Source: Obrimoposthia wandeli
Lineage: Eukaryota
Assembly (NCBI GenBank): GCA_977020255.1
Contig: CDROCS010002834.1
Span: 186,001-250,000, forward strand
Length of the DNA stretch: 64,000 bases
Direction of reading: 5' to 3'
The position numbers and the translations under genes are program-made. This document shows positions 35,022 through 46,944 of this stretch, one piece after another. The notes below the pieces were generated by a model. That model had not been told where the DNA came from and did not search any database. It saw only the letters and a list, made by a program, of their open reading frames with translations. Numbering within the stretch: the first letter of the stretch is position 1; each line of letters begins with the position of its first letter.

Positions 35022-36538
35022 GCTGTTTCCCCAAAGAAAGCTTGCACCGTTTCACGGTCAGAATAATGAATGGTTCGATCGGCGAGAACTTGGTAATCCT
35101 CATGACCTTTTCCAGCCAATAAAATAATGTCATTCGCCTGTGCATGCTCGATTGCATACGTGCAGGCTAATTTACGATCGTGGATCACTTGTGCTTGCTG
35201 TGGCAATGCTAACCCTTGCAACATGTCGCTAACGATAGCGGCTGGCGCCTCTGTTCGTGGGTTGTCATCTGTAATAATAATCTGATCCGCTAAGCGTTCA
35301 GATATTTCAGCCATCATCGGGCGTTTACCGATATCTCGGTCGCCACCGCAGCCAAAGATACACCACAACTTACCCTGACAATGCACGCGTAATGCTTGCA
35401 GTGCTTTTTCTAAAGCATCTGGCGTATGAGCATAATCAACCACTACCATCGGTTTGTCAGGGCTTTGAAAAACTTCCATTCGACCAATGACCGCCGTCAA
35501 GCGGGGTGCGGCAGCAATCAGTTGCTCAATAGAGTGCCCTAAAGCTAATAATGTCGCGAGTGCCAATAATAGATTCGACACATTAAATGATCCAACAAGC
35601 GGTGCTGTGAACTGCCCGGCTCCCCAACTGGAGTTAAAGGTAATATTGACGCCTTGAGTGCTGTATGCGACATCCGTTAACCATAATGCTTGTCCCTGAT
35701 AATGCTCGCCTAAACGGGCTTTATCCGTTACGACCGCGACGGCATGAGGTAAGTCGGCTAACCAAGATAATCCAATATCATCATCAGCATTAATAACAGG
35801 GATGCCCGCTTGATGCTCGGTAAACAAACATTTTTTTGCATCCGCATAATTTGCCATATCACCATGATAATCAAGATGATCGCGACTTAAATTCGTAAAG
35901 ATACTGGCAATAAACTGCAAGGCTTTAACACGTGCTTGCACTAACCCGTGTGATGAAATTTCCATTGCGGCGAAATCAGCACCTTGATCGACAAGATCAT
36001 GCAATACATGAGATATTTCAATGGCATTACCCGTGGTGTTCACTGCGGGTGTAAGGCTGTTTAATAAGCCGTTGCCAGTCGTGCCCATAACACCTGCATT
36101 ATATCCAATGAGATTCGCCCATTGTGCTAACAGTTGGCTAATAGTGGTTTTTCCATTCGTGCCTGTCACCGCCAGTAATTTAAGGCGAGTATCGGGTTGA
36201 GCATAAAAACGGTTGGCAATTGCTGAAAGGTACTGATTCAATTGCTGAAAATAAATAATCACGATACCGTCTTGCTCAACAATATCACCATGTTTAGCAA
36301 TGCCGTCGGCTTCAGCAAGCACAGCGGTTGCCCCTGCTTTAATAGCAGCAGGAATAAAGCCTCGGCCATCAACAGCATGACCATTAACAGCAACGAATAA
36401 GTCATCGGCTTCAATTTGACGACTATCAATCGTCATATTAGCCACACTGTGTTCACGCCACTTTTCTTGCCAATCAGATGTGGCTATCCACGGTGAAAGC
36501 AATGATCCAAGAGTGAACGATTGACTAGGACTTAACAT
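35018..36538 (-). CDS. murE: UDP-MurNAc-dipeptide:meso-DAP ligase
   Basis: TGTNGKTT, TNLSRDHLDYH, VDYAHTPDAL and the DAP-specific DDNPR. Confidence 0.97.
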   Translation of the reverse strand: MLSPSQSFTLGSLLSPWIATSDWQEKWREHSVANMTIDSRQIEADDLFVAVNGHAVDGRGFIPAAIKAGATAVLAEADGIAKHGDIVEQDGIVIIYFQQLNQYLSAIANRFYAQPDTRLKLLAVTGTNGKTTISQLLAQWANLIGYNAGVMGTTGNGLLNSLTPAVNTTGNAIEISHVLHDLVDQGADFAAMEISSHGLVQARVKALQFIASIFTNLSRDHLDYHGDMANYADAKKCLFTEHQAGIPVINADDDIGLSWLADLPHAVAVVTDKARLGEHYQGQALWLTDVAYSTQGVNITFNSSWGAGQFTAPLVGSFNVSNLLLALATLLALGHSIEQLIAAAPRLTAVIGRMEVFQSPDKPMVVVDYAHTPDALEKALQALRVHCQGKLWCIFGCGGDRDIGKRPMMAEISERLADQIIITDDNPRTEAPAAIVSDMLQGLALPQQAQVIHDRKLACTYAIEHAQANDIILLAGKGHEDYQVLADRTIHYSDRETVQAFFGETA

Positions 36539-36552
36539 TTACATCGCCTCAA

Positions 36553-38307
36553 TTATTTATTTACGATATTCATTTTATCAATGGTGTCGGCATCAGGCGG
36601 CACATTCAAAATTTGTAATGCACTTTGCATAACTTCAGCGAAAATCGGAGCGGCTATTGCACCACCGTAGTATTGTTCGCCTTTCGGTTCATTCACCATC
36701 ACAACCATCGCTAAACGCGGCTTACTGATCGGCGCTATACCTGCGGTGTAGGCAATATAATCATCACCATAACCACCCGCGATCGCTTTTTTAGCGGTAC
36801 CGGTTTTTACCCCAACACGATAACCAGGAACACTTGCGCGCCAACCACCACCGCCACCGGATTTATCGGTTACAGATTCAATCATCGTCAGTACTTGCTC
36901 GACCAATTTAGGAGCGATAACCTGTTTGCCTGGCACGACTTTTTCTGTTTTTAAAATCGACAACGGACGTTTCAGCCCTTTAGCGCCCAACGTCGCGTAA
37001 ACATGCACTAACTGAATAGGCGTAACAGACAAACCATAACCGTATGCGAATGTTGCTCTTTCAATATCAGACCAGCGACGGCGATTAGGGAACAAGCCCA
37101 CAGCTTCCCCCACTAAGTTAATGCCCGAAGACTCATCAAACCCAACGCGCTGGTACATCTCGATAAGATCTTCAATTGGCATGGCAAGCGACAGCTTTGT
37201 CATGCCGATGTTACTGGATTTTTGCAAAATGCGGCCAACCGTCGCTTCTTTTTCAATCCGAGAAACATCAGAAACATAATTACTACCAACACGTAAACGA
37301 CGCCCCGGTATTTTAATCAGTGTATTTTCATCAACAATGCCACTTTCCATGGCTTCTAATACACCAAACGGCTTTACCGTTGATCCAGGCTCAAAAGAAT
37401 CGGTGATTACGCGATTACGCATTTTATACGGTTGGCGATCATTTCGATTATTAGGGTTAAATGATGGTGCATTAACCATTGCTAATATTTCGCCAGTATT
37501 AACATCTGCAAGTACAAGACTCGCTGATGTTGCTGGTAAATTAACGATGGCTTCTTTCATCGTACGGTACGCGACCGCTTGGATACGTTGATCAATACTT
37601 AATTCTAATGGTTTGCCGGGTTCACGTTTCTGCAGGGAAATATTTTCCACCACGCGCCCATAACGATCTTTTCGTACCGTACGTCGACCGGGTTCACCGG
37701 TTAACCAACCATCGTAGGTACGCTCCACACCTTCTAAACCATGACCATCAATACCAGTCACACCAATCAGGTGAGCACTAACTTCACCGGAAGGGTAAAA
37801 ACGACGAGATTCATCTTTGAGCCCAACCCCCGATAATTTCAATTTACTGACATAATCTGCCATAGCAGGGCTAACTTGGCGTGCCAAATAAACAAAACGG
37901 CGCTTTTGGTATTTTTCCAGACGGGCCAATAATTCTTGTCGATTTAAACCCAATACATCCGCCAGAGCATGCCATCGCTCAACTTGCTGCATCCCGCCAT
38001 TCTTATAAATTTGAACAGGATCAGCCCAAACGGCTTGAACGGGAACGCTAACCGCTAATTGCTCGCCATTACGATCAGAAATAATCCCTCGAGCTGAAGG
38101 CATGGCTTTTACACGTAATGAGCGTAAATCGCCTTCTTGAATTAATCTTCCTGGCTCGAGTACTTGAATATATGTGGCACGACCGATGAGGGCAGCCAAG
38201 GCAATAAATATACAGCCGTATATAACACCAAAGCGCCACGGAATAAATGCCGATGGCGCTTGCTGGCGTCGATGATTTTTTGTCTTTGAGCTTTTAGATA
38301 ATGCCAT
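36553..38307 (-). CDS. ftsI: Penicillin-binding protein 3
   Basis: SxxK (STVK), SxN (SSN) and KTG motifs, with an N-terminal TM. Confidence 0.97.
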   Translation of the reverse strand: MALSKSSKTKNHRRQQAPSAFIPWRFGVIYGCIFIALAALIGRATYIQVLEPGRLIQEGDLRSLRVKAMPSARGIISDRNGEQLAVSVPVQAVWADPVQIYKNGGMQQVERWHALADVLGLNRQELLARLEKYQKRRFVYLARQVSPAMADYVSKLKLSGVGLKDESRRFYPSGEVSAHLIGVTGIDGHGLEGVERTYDGWLTGEPGRRTVRKDRYGRVVENISLQKREPGKPLELSIDQRIQAVAYRTMKEAIVNLPATSASLVLADVNTGEILAMVNAPSFNPNNRNDRQPYKMRNRVITDSFEPGSTVKPFGVLEAMESGIVDENTLIKIPGRRLRVGSNYVSDVSRIEKEATVGRILQKSSNIGMTKLSLAMPIEDLIEMYQRVGFDESSGINLVGEAVGLFPNRRRWSDIERATFAYGYGLSVTPIQLVHVYATLGAKGLKRPLSILKTEKVVPGKQVIAPKLVEQVLTMIESVTDKSGGGGGWRASVPGYRVGVKTGTAKKAIAGGYGDDYIAYTAGIAPISKPRLAMVVMVNEPKGEQYYGGAIAAPIFAEVMQSALQILNVPPDADTIDKMNIVNK

Positions 38308-38310
38308 AAA

Positions 38311-38631
38311 TTATTGCACAACGATTTCATTCTTAGCAGAAGGTCGTTTCATTTCAATTTCCTCTTCTGCAAAGCGCTCAACACGGCTATGTTCCGCTAG
38401 TGAATTCTCTTCTAGAATTTGATTTCGCCATTCTATATCTAGCAAATCCCGTTCTATGAACAGCTGCTCCTGCTGAGCGATCATTTGCCGTGATTGATGG
38501 GTGACATACACCACAGCCAAGGCAGATATTAATATCAGGATTAACAAGATCACAGGAACGCGTCCGACCGACACGATATCTCGTGCGATCAGACGGGCTA
38601 AATTAGAAGGCGGTTGTGGGTCTAGACTCAT
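38311..38631 (-). CDS. ftsL: Cell division protein FtsL
   Basis: TM followed by a coiled coil ([19 protein letters not shown]), between rsmH and ftsI. Confidence 0.93.
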   Translation of the reverse strand: MSLDPQPPSNLARLIARDIVSVGRVPVILLILILISALAVVYVTHQSRQMIAQQEQLFIERDLLDIEWRNQILEENSLAEHSRVERFAEEEIEMKRPSAKNEIVVQ

Positions 38632-39575
38632 AGGCGTTCAGCAAGGCGCAGTACGGAACTACGTGCTCGCTTATTATCACCTAGCTCATCTTTCGAAGGC
38701 TTAATGGCTTTGCTCGCCATTTTTAAATCAGCAGAACCCAATGCTTTAATTTGATCTTCTGTTAACGGGAAACCCGCTGGCACTTCAGGCCCTTTACTAT
38801 TCTTTCGAATAAAGCGCTTTACCATGCGATCTTCTAGCGAATGGAAACTAATCACAGATAAACGCCCTTGTGGTGCAAGTACTTTCACTGCGCCATTTAG
38901 TGCCGTTGCAATTTCATCAAGTTCGCTATTAATATAAATACGAATCGCTTGGAAACTGCGTGTTGCAGGGTGCTTATGCTTATCTCTAAATGGAGATACC
39001 TCTGAGATTAAAGCCGCTAATTCTTTTGTGCGGGTTAATGGCGCTTTATCAGGGTTTTCGCGATGTTCAACAATGCCACGTGCAATACGTTTAGCAAAAC
39101 GTTCTTCACCAAACTCTTTTAGTACCCATGCAATATCATCAGCTTCTGCTTCTGCTAGCCATTCTGCCGCAGAGATGCCTGATGTGGGATCCATACGCAT
39201 GTCTAACGGACCGTCACGCATAAAGCTAAAGCCACGTTCAGCATCATCTAACTGCGGTGATGACACACCTAAGTCGAGTAATACGCCGTCGACACGACCA
39301 ATTAAATCACGCTCTTCCATGTATTGAGCCATGCCCGAAAACGGACCATGGATAATACTGAAACGTGGGTCATCAATGGATTGTGCTTCAGCAATCGCTT
39401 GAGGATCACGGTCGATACCATATAGGCGACCATTTTCACCTAGATGAGATAGGATCAGGCGACTATGTCCACCACGTCCAAAAGTACCGTCGATATAAAT
39501 ACCGTCAGGTTTAATCGCTAGACCGTCAACTGATTCATGAAGTAGGACGGAGATGTGCTCAAATTGTTCAGACAT
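38628..39575 (-). CDS. rsmH: 16S rRNA m4C1402 methyltransferase
   Basis: [26 protein letters not shown] and RARSSVLR. Confidence 0.98.
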   Translation of the reverse strand: MSEQFEHISVLLHESVDGLAIKPDGIYIDGTFGRGGHSRLILSHLGENGRLYGIDRDPQAIAEAQSIDDPRFSIIHGPFSGMAQYMEERDLIGRVDGVLLDLGVSSPQLDDAERGFSFMRDGPLDMRMDPTSGISAAEWLAEAEADDIAWVLKEFGEERFAKRIARGIVEHRENPDKAPLTRTKELAALISEVSPFRDKHKHPATRSFQAIRIYINSELDEIATALNGAVKVLAPQGRLSVISFHSLEDRMVKRFIRKNSKGPEVPAGFPLTEDQIKALGSADLKMASKAIKPSKDELGDNKRARSSVLRLAERL

Positions 39576-39593
39576 ATAATTAATTGGTTTCAG

Positions 39594-39854
39594 CTAAAGT
39601 GAAAGCTTACTGAGGTGAACGGCTTATTAAAGTGCCACCCCAGCCTGAAGTTGTATCTTGTATCTAATGTTTGCTGTCAACGCCATTCATACCCTATTTT
39701 CAGCAATAGAACTGGCAATATACAGACCTAAGACAACAAATCTAAAATGGATAAATTTTCGTATAAACAAAGAGACTACCACAGGTATCACAATAGCGCT
39801 TTGTCATCGCCAACAGCCTTTTTACCTTTACGCCGTCATCGTTGCCTTAAGCAT
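39594..39854 (-). pseudogene. Possible highly decayed mraZ remnant
   Basis: Fragments in different frames: atg-ctt-aag-g (MLK-), RLLAMTKRY, IYP, and HLSKLSL-stop 18 nt before rsmH. They resemble MraZ segments as I recall them. Weak and not searched. Confidence 0.3.
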
Positions 39855-39966
39855 AAACAGCTATCGTTCATATACCTAATTTCATCAATAACTTATAACA
39901 CTATAATGGGTATTCATCATTATGGAGGCTGTACTGCACTTATTTTCCCATAAAACCACACAACAA

Positions 39967-39996
39967 AGTGTACGTATGAGACAAAAAAGTTGTCAA
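39967..39996 (-). promoter_or_regulatory. Pmra-like dcw cluster promoter
   Basis: TTGACA-18 bp-TACACT, the same layout I recall for E. coli Pmra (TTGACA-18-TAAACT). Confidence 0.7.
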
Positions 39997-40080
39997 GCAA
40001 GTAAGAACATTTAACGTCAGAGATACGTCATAAATTAACGATTTTAGGTTTGATGGGTAATTTCATACGATATAAACGAC

Positions 40081-40125
40081 AAAAGGTGATGTTAACTTCT
40101 TTAAAAGAAGTCAACATCACCTTTT
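40081..40125 (-). terminator. rnpB terminator (long inverted repeat)
   Basis: AAAAGGTGATGTT-a-ACTTCTT...AAGAAGT-c-AACATCACCTTTT. Confidence 0.8.
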
Positions 40126-40133
40126 ATTCGAAT

Positions 40134-40316
40134 AGGTGGAGTTGGTCTATAAGCCGGGTTTTGTAGCTGCTTTCGCAGTGGCAACCATTCCTCTAGGCCT
40201 GCAATCGCTCACAGGCTCAAGCAACCTACCCGTCCCCAACGCGGGCCGCGCCATTAGGGACCTATTTGGTCTTGCTCCGGGTGGAGTTTACCATGCCACG
40301 AACTATTACTAGCCGC

Positions 40317-40351
<35 letters not shown>

Positions 40352-40516
40352 TGTTCTCGCAAGCGAGTCATCGGCGGTATACTCTCTGCTGCACTTGTCG
40401 TAGGCTCGCGCCTCCCAGACGTTATCTGGCACCCTGCCCTTTGGAGCCCGGACTTTCCTCCCCTCCGTCAATCTCCCTAAGGACATCAACGAAGCAGCGA
40501 TCGCCTGACCAACTCC
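40134..40516 (-). ncRNA. rnpB: RNase P RNA, bacterial type A
   Basis: The minus strand has the conserved GAGGAAAGUCCGGGCUC, AAGUGCAGCAGA, GGUAAGGGUGAAAGGGUGCGGUAAGAGCGCACC and AAAACCCGGCUUAU. P1 is GGAGUUGGUC/GACCAACUCC. TAGAAT and a GC-rich discriminator lie upstream. Confidence 0.98.
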
Positions 40517-40656
40517 GGTGGCGGATTCTATAAGAGTCCAGCACCAGTTACCAGTAAAAGATCATACACAAGCACAAAGCGTCCAAATATCGAACAATAA
40601 ATCAGCATTATTACATCATTGTAAACAAAAACACTCAGTGCATTACGTTTTCGATC

Positions 40657-41517
40657 TTAATCGAGGTTTTCTAATCCCCACTTATAAAGCGCATTTTTCT
40701 TTACACCATGGATCTCAGCCGCCAATGCTGCCGCTTTCTTAAGAGGAAGTTCTTTAACTAATAAAACCACGGTGCGTAACGCTTCAGAAGGTAAATCATC
40801 TTTTGCTTTACGGTGTCCGGCAACTAAAACCACCATTTCGCCACGAACACGGTTGCTGTCTTCACCTAACCAATCGATCAGCTCACCTAATGGTGCCCCA
40901 TGGATTGTTTCATACGTTTTTGTTAACTCTCTCGCTAACACAACTTGGCGTTCTGGGCCTAACACCGCTAACATATCAGCTAAGGAATCTGTAATTCGGT
41001 GCGGTGATTCATAAAAAATTAATGTACGCTCGTCGTCAGCAAGTGATTGAAACGTATCACGGCGTCCTTTACTCTTTGGTGGAAGGAATCCTTCAAAAGT
41101 AAAGCGATCAGACGGTAAACCTGCAGCACTTAGTGCAGTAATAACCGCACAAGGGCCAGGTAAAGGCACAACTTTTACACCCGCCTGACGGCAGCGGTTA
41201 ACTAAATGATATCCTGGATCACTAATCAGAGGTGTGCCAGCATCGGATACAAGTGCGATACTGGTACCCGCCTGAAGCTTCTCGATCAAATAATCAGCTT
41301 TTTGCTGTTCATTATGATCATGAAGCGCAAAGGTGCGGGTAGAGATAGAGAAATGCGATAGCAAGCGCGACGTGTGACGAGTGTCTTCAGCAGCGATTAA
41401 ATCAACATTTGCTAAAACATCCAATGCACGGTGTGTAATGTCTGCTAAGTTACCGATTGGTGTGGGTACGATGTACAAAGTTGCAACATCTACCATGCAT
41501 GAATTGGTCTCTCTCAT
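40657..41517 (-). CDS. rsmI: 16S rRNA Cm1402 2'-O-methyltransferase
   Basis: [34 protein letters not shown] and FYESPHR. Confidence 0.97.
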   Translation of the reverse strand: MRETNSCMVDVATLYIVPTPIGNLADITHRALDVLANVDLIAAEDTRHTSRLLSHFSISTRTFALHDHNEQQKADYLIEKLQAGTSIALVSDAGTPLISDPGYHLVNRCRQAGVKVVPLPGPCAVITALSAAGLPSDRFTFEGFLPPKSKGRRDTFQSLADDERTLIFYESPHRITDSLADMLAVLGPERQVVLARELTKTYETIHGAPLGELIDWLGEDSNRVRGEMVVLVAGHRKAKDDLPSEALRTVVLLVKELPLKKAAALAAEIHGVKKNALYKWGLENLD

Positions 41518-41569
41518 TTGTTTAAGATCTCATCTGCAATTAATATAGTAAGTAATTTTTCACAGTTGA

Positions 41570-43385
41570 ATGAATTCAATGCTCAATTTTACCCATAAGC
41601 GTAAAAGTGTATCACGACTCTTGGCACCTGTAGCCCTTGCCGTGATTTTGGCGGGCTGTAGTTCGTCAAACCAACAACAAGCTTCTGCCTCTAATATCAC
41701 CGCTATAGCGACTGATACTGCGGCAAATTACCTCATAAAAGCAGAATCCAGTGATGGTATTGAAAGCATCGACTGGAATATTCTTGCTTTAAAAGCCTTA
41801 ATTAAAGAAGGCCAATGGACTCAAGCAGATAACCAAGCAAAACGTTTGAGCCGCATGTCTCTTAGCCCAATACAAATGGCTGAGTGGCAGCTTGCACGCG
41901 CAACATTGGGTTATCAGCAAGGACAACCACAAGAGGCATTGGATACATTAAATTTCCAACCTTGGTGGCCACTGCCTGATAACCAATATAAACGTTATTT
42001 TATGCTGCGAGCAGAGCTACTTGGTCAATTAGGTCAACACTCCAAAGCTGCTCGTGAACGCACGATGCTTGATCAGTACTTACCAACAGACCAAAAGAAC
42101 GCCAACTGGCAAAATCTATGGCAAGATCTATCAAGCTATAATAACAACCAACTTCAATCTGTTAGTTTGAAAGAAGATGAAACAGTATTGCGAGGCTGGA
42201 TTCAATTAAGCATCTTGAAAAATACCTATTCACAACGACCTGTTCGCCTTAAAAGCGCCGTTGATGAATGGTTAAGTATGAATCCTTATCACCCTGCGCA
42301 TCAATATTTGCCGACTGAACTTGAAGCCATTATGTCAATGGAAGTCACGCAACTCGATAATGTTGCTTTATTACTTCCCTTAACCGGTCGCTTTGAATCA
42401 CAAGGTAAAGCCGTGCGTGATGGTTTTATCAATGCAATGCTTGATGATACCAGTAGAGATACAAGCACCGAGTTGACGGTTTTTGACACTGAAGCTGAGT
42501 CAATGGCTGCGATCATGGCAAAACTGCAAGCCAATGGTACGCAATTTATTATCGGGCCTTTACGTAAAGATAAAGTGACCGCATTCCAGCAAAGTAATGC
42601 AAACCAAATCAACATGCTGGCACTCAACCAGCCAGAGCAACTAGATGTAAGCCAAACCCAATCTTGCTATTTTTCGTTATCACCAGAGCAAGAAGCAGAG
42701 CAAGCCGCTCAACATTTGTTTGCTAAAGGTCACCAATATCCATTAGTACTCGCGCCAAAAAGTGCATTTGGACAACGTGTGACAGAAGCCTTCAACGAGC
42801 AATGGCTACAATTAACAGGCCGTAATGCCGATATTGATACTTTCGGTTCACGCAAACAAATTCAGCAGCAAATATCACGTATTTTTGGCTTAAACGACAG
42901 CCAAGCACGTATTAGTCAAATGAATCAATTAACCGGGGTTAAGCTGGAATCACAACAGCGTAGCCGCCGTGATACTGATGCTGTCTATCTGATTGCGAAT
43001 AAAAGTGAGCTAACACTGCTTAAACCATTTATCGAAGTGGCAATTAACCCTGAAGTTAAACCACCACAACTTTACGCAAGCTCACGTGGCAACCCTAACG
43101 CGAATGGCGACAATAGCGAATTACGTGGGATTGAATTTAGCGATATTCCTTTAATCATAAATCCTGAGTTAGGTTTTATGGAACGCTTTGATAGCCTATG
43201 GCCAAATGAAAGCAATACCAGTATTCGTTTACACGCTTTTGGTATGGATGCCTATAAGATGGTGAATGAGTTACCACAGATGCGTGTCGTTGATAATTAC
43301 ACCGTTCAAGGTATGACTGGTCAGTTAGGTATTGATAATCAATGCGTCGTTCAACGCGAAATGGACTGGGCTGTATTTACGCCTA

Positions 43386-43411
<26 letters not shown>
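41570..43411 (+). CDS. lpoA: PBP1A activator lipoprotein
   Basis: Lipobox LAGC, TPR-like N-domain, ALLLPLTG...IGPLRK C-domain, divergent from rsmI. Confidence 0.93.
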
Positions 43412-44356
<945 letters not shown>

Positions 44357-44359
44357 CAA

Positions 44360-44899
44360 ATGAGACTACGCCAAATATTGGTGGTTGCTTTTTTGATGTT
44401 ATTACAGGGTTGTTCGGGATTATCGTCGAATGATCCTCGTAATACGACACAACAATGGCACGATCAAGAAATTGAAATGGAAATCGGCGGACTCGCGAAT
44501 AAACCCCCTTTTCGCCAGCTGGCGAGAATAAATGCCATTTCGACGGAAGGAAATGTTTTACTGGTTGGTCAAGCTGTCGATCAAAAAACCCAAGCGTTAC
44601 TCGGCGAAAAAGTACGAGAGCTGAGTAATGTGCAGCATGTTTACAATCAGGTGAAGGTTCGCGCCCTACCCACGTTGGGTGAAATCAGTGGTGATAGCTG
44701 GATCACTACAAAAGTGAAATCTCAGATGGTGGCAAGTAAGCAGCTAAAAGATGCCTCTATTAAAGTAATTACTGAAGGGCAGGAAGTATACCTATTAGGG
44801 TACGTTACTCGCACACAGGGCGATACAGCGTCTGAAATCGCACGTAATGTGTCAGGTGTTAAGAATGTAATCAAAGTATTTAAATACCCTGAAGGTTAA
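44360..44899 (+). CDS. dolP: Dual-BON outer membrane lipoprotein DolP/YraP
   Basis: Lipobox LQGC and two BON domains (VLLVGQ; DSWITTKVK...VYLLG). Confidence 0.85.
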   Translation: MRLRQILVVAFLMLLQGCSGLSSNDPRNTTQQWHDQEIEMEIGGLANKPPFRQLARINAISTEGNVLLVGQAVDQKTQALLGEKVRELSNVQHVYNQVKVRALPTLGEISGDSWITTKVKSQMVASKQLKDASIKVITEGQEVYLLGYVTRTQGDTASEIARNVSGVKNVIKVFKYPEG

Positions 44900-44945
44900 G
44901 CCTCGCTAGTAACAGCACTCACTAGCAAATATAAAGCTAGAAAAT

Positions 44946-44975
44946 AAAAACGCAGCTCGAAGGCTGCGTTTTTTT
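44946..44975. terminator. Bidirectional terminator for dolP and sspB
   Basis: AAAAACGCAGC-TCGAAG-GCTGCGTTTTTTT. Confidence 0.9.
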
Positions 44976-45480
44976 ATTTTACGACACGAAGACTTGGACG
45001 ACCTCTAGGGCGAGGTGGTTCATCATCAGGTTCATAGTCATCACTTATTTCAGCCGTAACTGCTACAGGTGCTAACGTTTCTGCCTGAACTTCTACGATA
45101 CCGTTATCTTCCGCTTCTTCATTTTCATCAAAAGCGTCAAGGTCAGTCGCATAGGCAGGCTCTGGATCGAACATTGTACCTGCACCATTTTCTCGCGCAT
45201 AAATCGCGACAACGGCGTACATAGGTACAATAACAGCGTGTGGGCGACCACTAAAACGCGCATTAAAGCTAACTGCTTCATTGCCCAATTCTAAGTTGCC
45301 TACCGCACGCGGTGCAATGTTCAGAACAATCTGACCATCACTTACGAATTCCATTGGCACTTGTGCACCTGGCAACGTGGCATCCACGACCAAGTGTGGT
45401 GTCAAATCGTTATCCACCAGCCAATCGTAAAACGCACGCACCAAATAAGGACGACGCGGCGTCATTTTTTCCATATCCAT
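44974..45480 (-). CDS. sspB: ClpXP adaptor SspB
   Basis: RRPYLVRAFYDW, FNARFSG and the ClpX-binding tail LRVVK. Confidence 0.96.
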   Translation of the reverse strand: MDMEKMTPRRPYLVRAFYDWLVDNDLTPHLVVDATLPGAQVPMEFVSDGQIVLNIAPRAVGNLELGNEAVSFNARFSGRPHAVIVPMYAVVAIYARENGAGTMFDPEPAYATDLDAFDENEEAEDNGIVEVQAETLAPVAVTAEISDDYEPDDEPPRPRGRPSLRVVK

Positions 45481-46119
45481 TTACTGTCCAGTCAAGCGCA
45501 TTTCACGCTCAGCTTCAGTAAGAGATGCTAGGAAAGAATCTCGTTCAAACACACGTGTCATGTATGCTTTAACTTCTTTCGAACCAGCGCCACTTAGCTC
45601 AATACCCATTTCAGGTAAACGCCATAGTAGCGGAGCAAGGTAACAGTCTACCAAGCTAAATTCATCACTCATGAAGTAAGAATATTCAGCAAAAACAGGT
45701 GCAAGTGCTAGAAGCTCTTCACGTAATTGCTTACGTGCTTTATCTGCTTCGTCCGCAGTACCTTTGTTCACTTTTTCAGCTAACGTGTACCAGTTACGTT
45801 CAATGCGGTACATCATCAGACGACTATTACCACGCGCAACAGGGTAAACAGGCATTAGAGGTGGGTGAGGGAAACGCTCATCCAAGTACTCCATAATGAT
45901 GCCCGCTTGATATAAAGCAAGTTCACGGTCAACAAGAGTTGGCACTGAATTGTATGGATTTAGGTCAAGTAGATCTTCAGGCAGGTTTTTTGGATCAACC
46001 AGCTCAATTTCAACACTAACACCTTTTTCAGCTAGTACGATACGCACCTGATGGCTGTAAATATCCGACGCATCAGAATACAGAGTCATCACAGAGCGTT
46101 TATTGGCAGCAACAGCCAT
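45481..46119 (-). CDS. sspA: Stringent starvation protein A
   Basis: MAVAANKRSVMTLYS, EYLDERFPHPPLMPVYP. Confidence 0.97.
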   Translation of the reverse strand: MAVAANKRSVMTLYSDASDIYSHQVRIVLAEKGVSVEIELVDPKNLPEDLLDLNPYNSVPTLVDRELALYQAGIIMEYLDERFPHPPLMPVYPVARGNSRLMMYRIERNWYTLAEKVNKGTADEADKARKQLREELLALAPVFAEYSYFMSDEFSLVDCYLAPLLWRLPEMGIELSGAGSKEVKAYMTRVFERDSFLASLTEAEREMRLTGQ

Positions 46120-46147
46120 TGACCCCTCCAGTATAATTAAATTACAC

Positions 46148-46178
46148 AAAAAGCAATGGGGGCTGGAGCCCCCATTGC
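46148..46178 (-). terminator. petABC terminator
   Basis: GCAATGGGGGCT-GG-AGCCCCCATTGC with an A tract on + (U tract on -). Confidence 0.88.
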
Positions 46179-46206
46179 GAGATTCTTAACCGTCTAGATT
46201 ACCCGA

Positions 46207-46944
46207 TCAGTGGACATCACGCCAATATTCTTTCTTCAACAGCACTGTTAATACAAAGAATATAACAATGAAGCCCATTACCCATAAACCTAAACGCTGA
46301 CGTTCAAGCTTCATCGGTTCAGCTGAATAATCAAGAAAGTTAACAAGATCACGTACGACATCATCATATTCGTCGGTGTTTAATTCACCAGCGCCGTTAG
46401 ATTTAAGCCCCACATACTCTTGAATTTCTTCACCATCAACTAGACGAGTCTCATATACTTTTGTTGGTACACCTTGTAGTTCTTCCAACACATGTGGCAT
46501 ACCTACACTTGGGAATATGACATTGTTCACGCCAAATGGACGTGATGAATCGGCATAAAAAGAACGTAAGTAAGTATACAACCAATCGGTACCACGCACT
46601 CGAGCAACCAGCGTCAAATCTGGAGCAGGCGCACCAAACGATGCCGCGGCGTATTCCTTTGAGATGGAATTCGTCATCAGATCACCCACTTTCGCATTTT
46701 CATCGAAAATTAGGTTATCTCTCATCAGATCCAATGGAATATCCAAATCTGTCGCAACACGCTCATAACGCTGGTATTGCGTAGCGTGACAACCAAAGCA
46801 ATAGTTTACAAACGTTTTGGCACCACGTTGTAACGATGCTTTGTCCGAAAGATCATTATTTGCGGCATCTAAATGCACGTTCCCACCCGCCGCCATAACC
46901 ACTGACGGCAACAGAGCTAGCAGCATTACAATCAATTTTTTCAT
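46207..46944 (-). CDS. petC: Cytochrome c1
   Basis: Haem motif CFGCH, PDLT, distal Met (VGMPH) and C-terminal TM. Confidence 0.96.
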   Translation of the reverse strand: MKKLIVMLLALLPSVVMAAGGNVHLDAANNDLSDKASLQRGAKTFVNYCFGCHATQYQRYERVATDLDIPLDLMRDNLIFDENAKVGDLMTNSISKEYAAASFGAPAPDLTLVARVRGTDWLYTYLRSFYADSSRPFGVNNVIFPSVGMPHVLEELQGVPTKVYETRLVDGEEIQEYVGLKSNGAGELNTDEYDDVVRDLVNFLDYSAEPMKLERQRLGLWVMGFIVIFFVLTVLLKKEYWRDVH

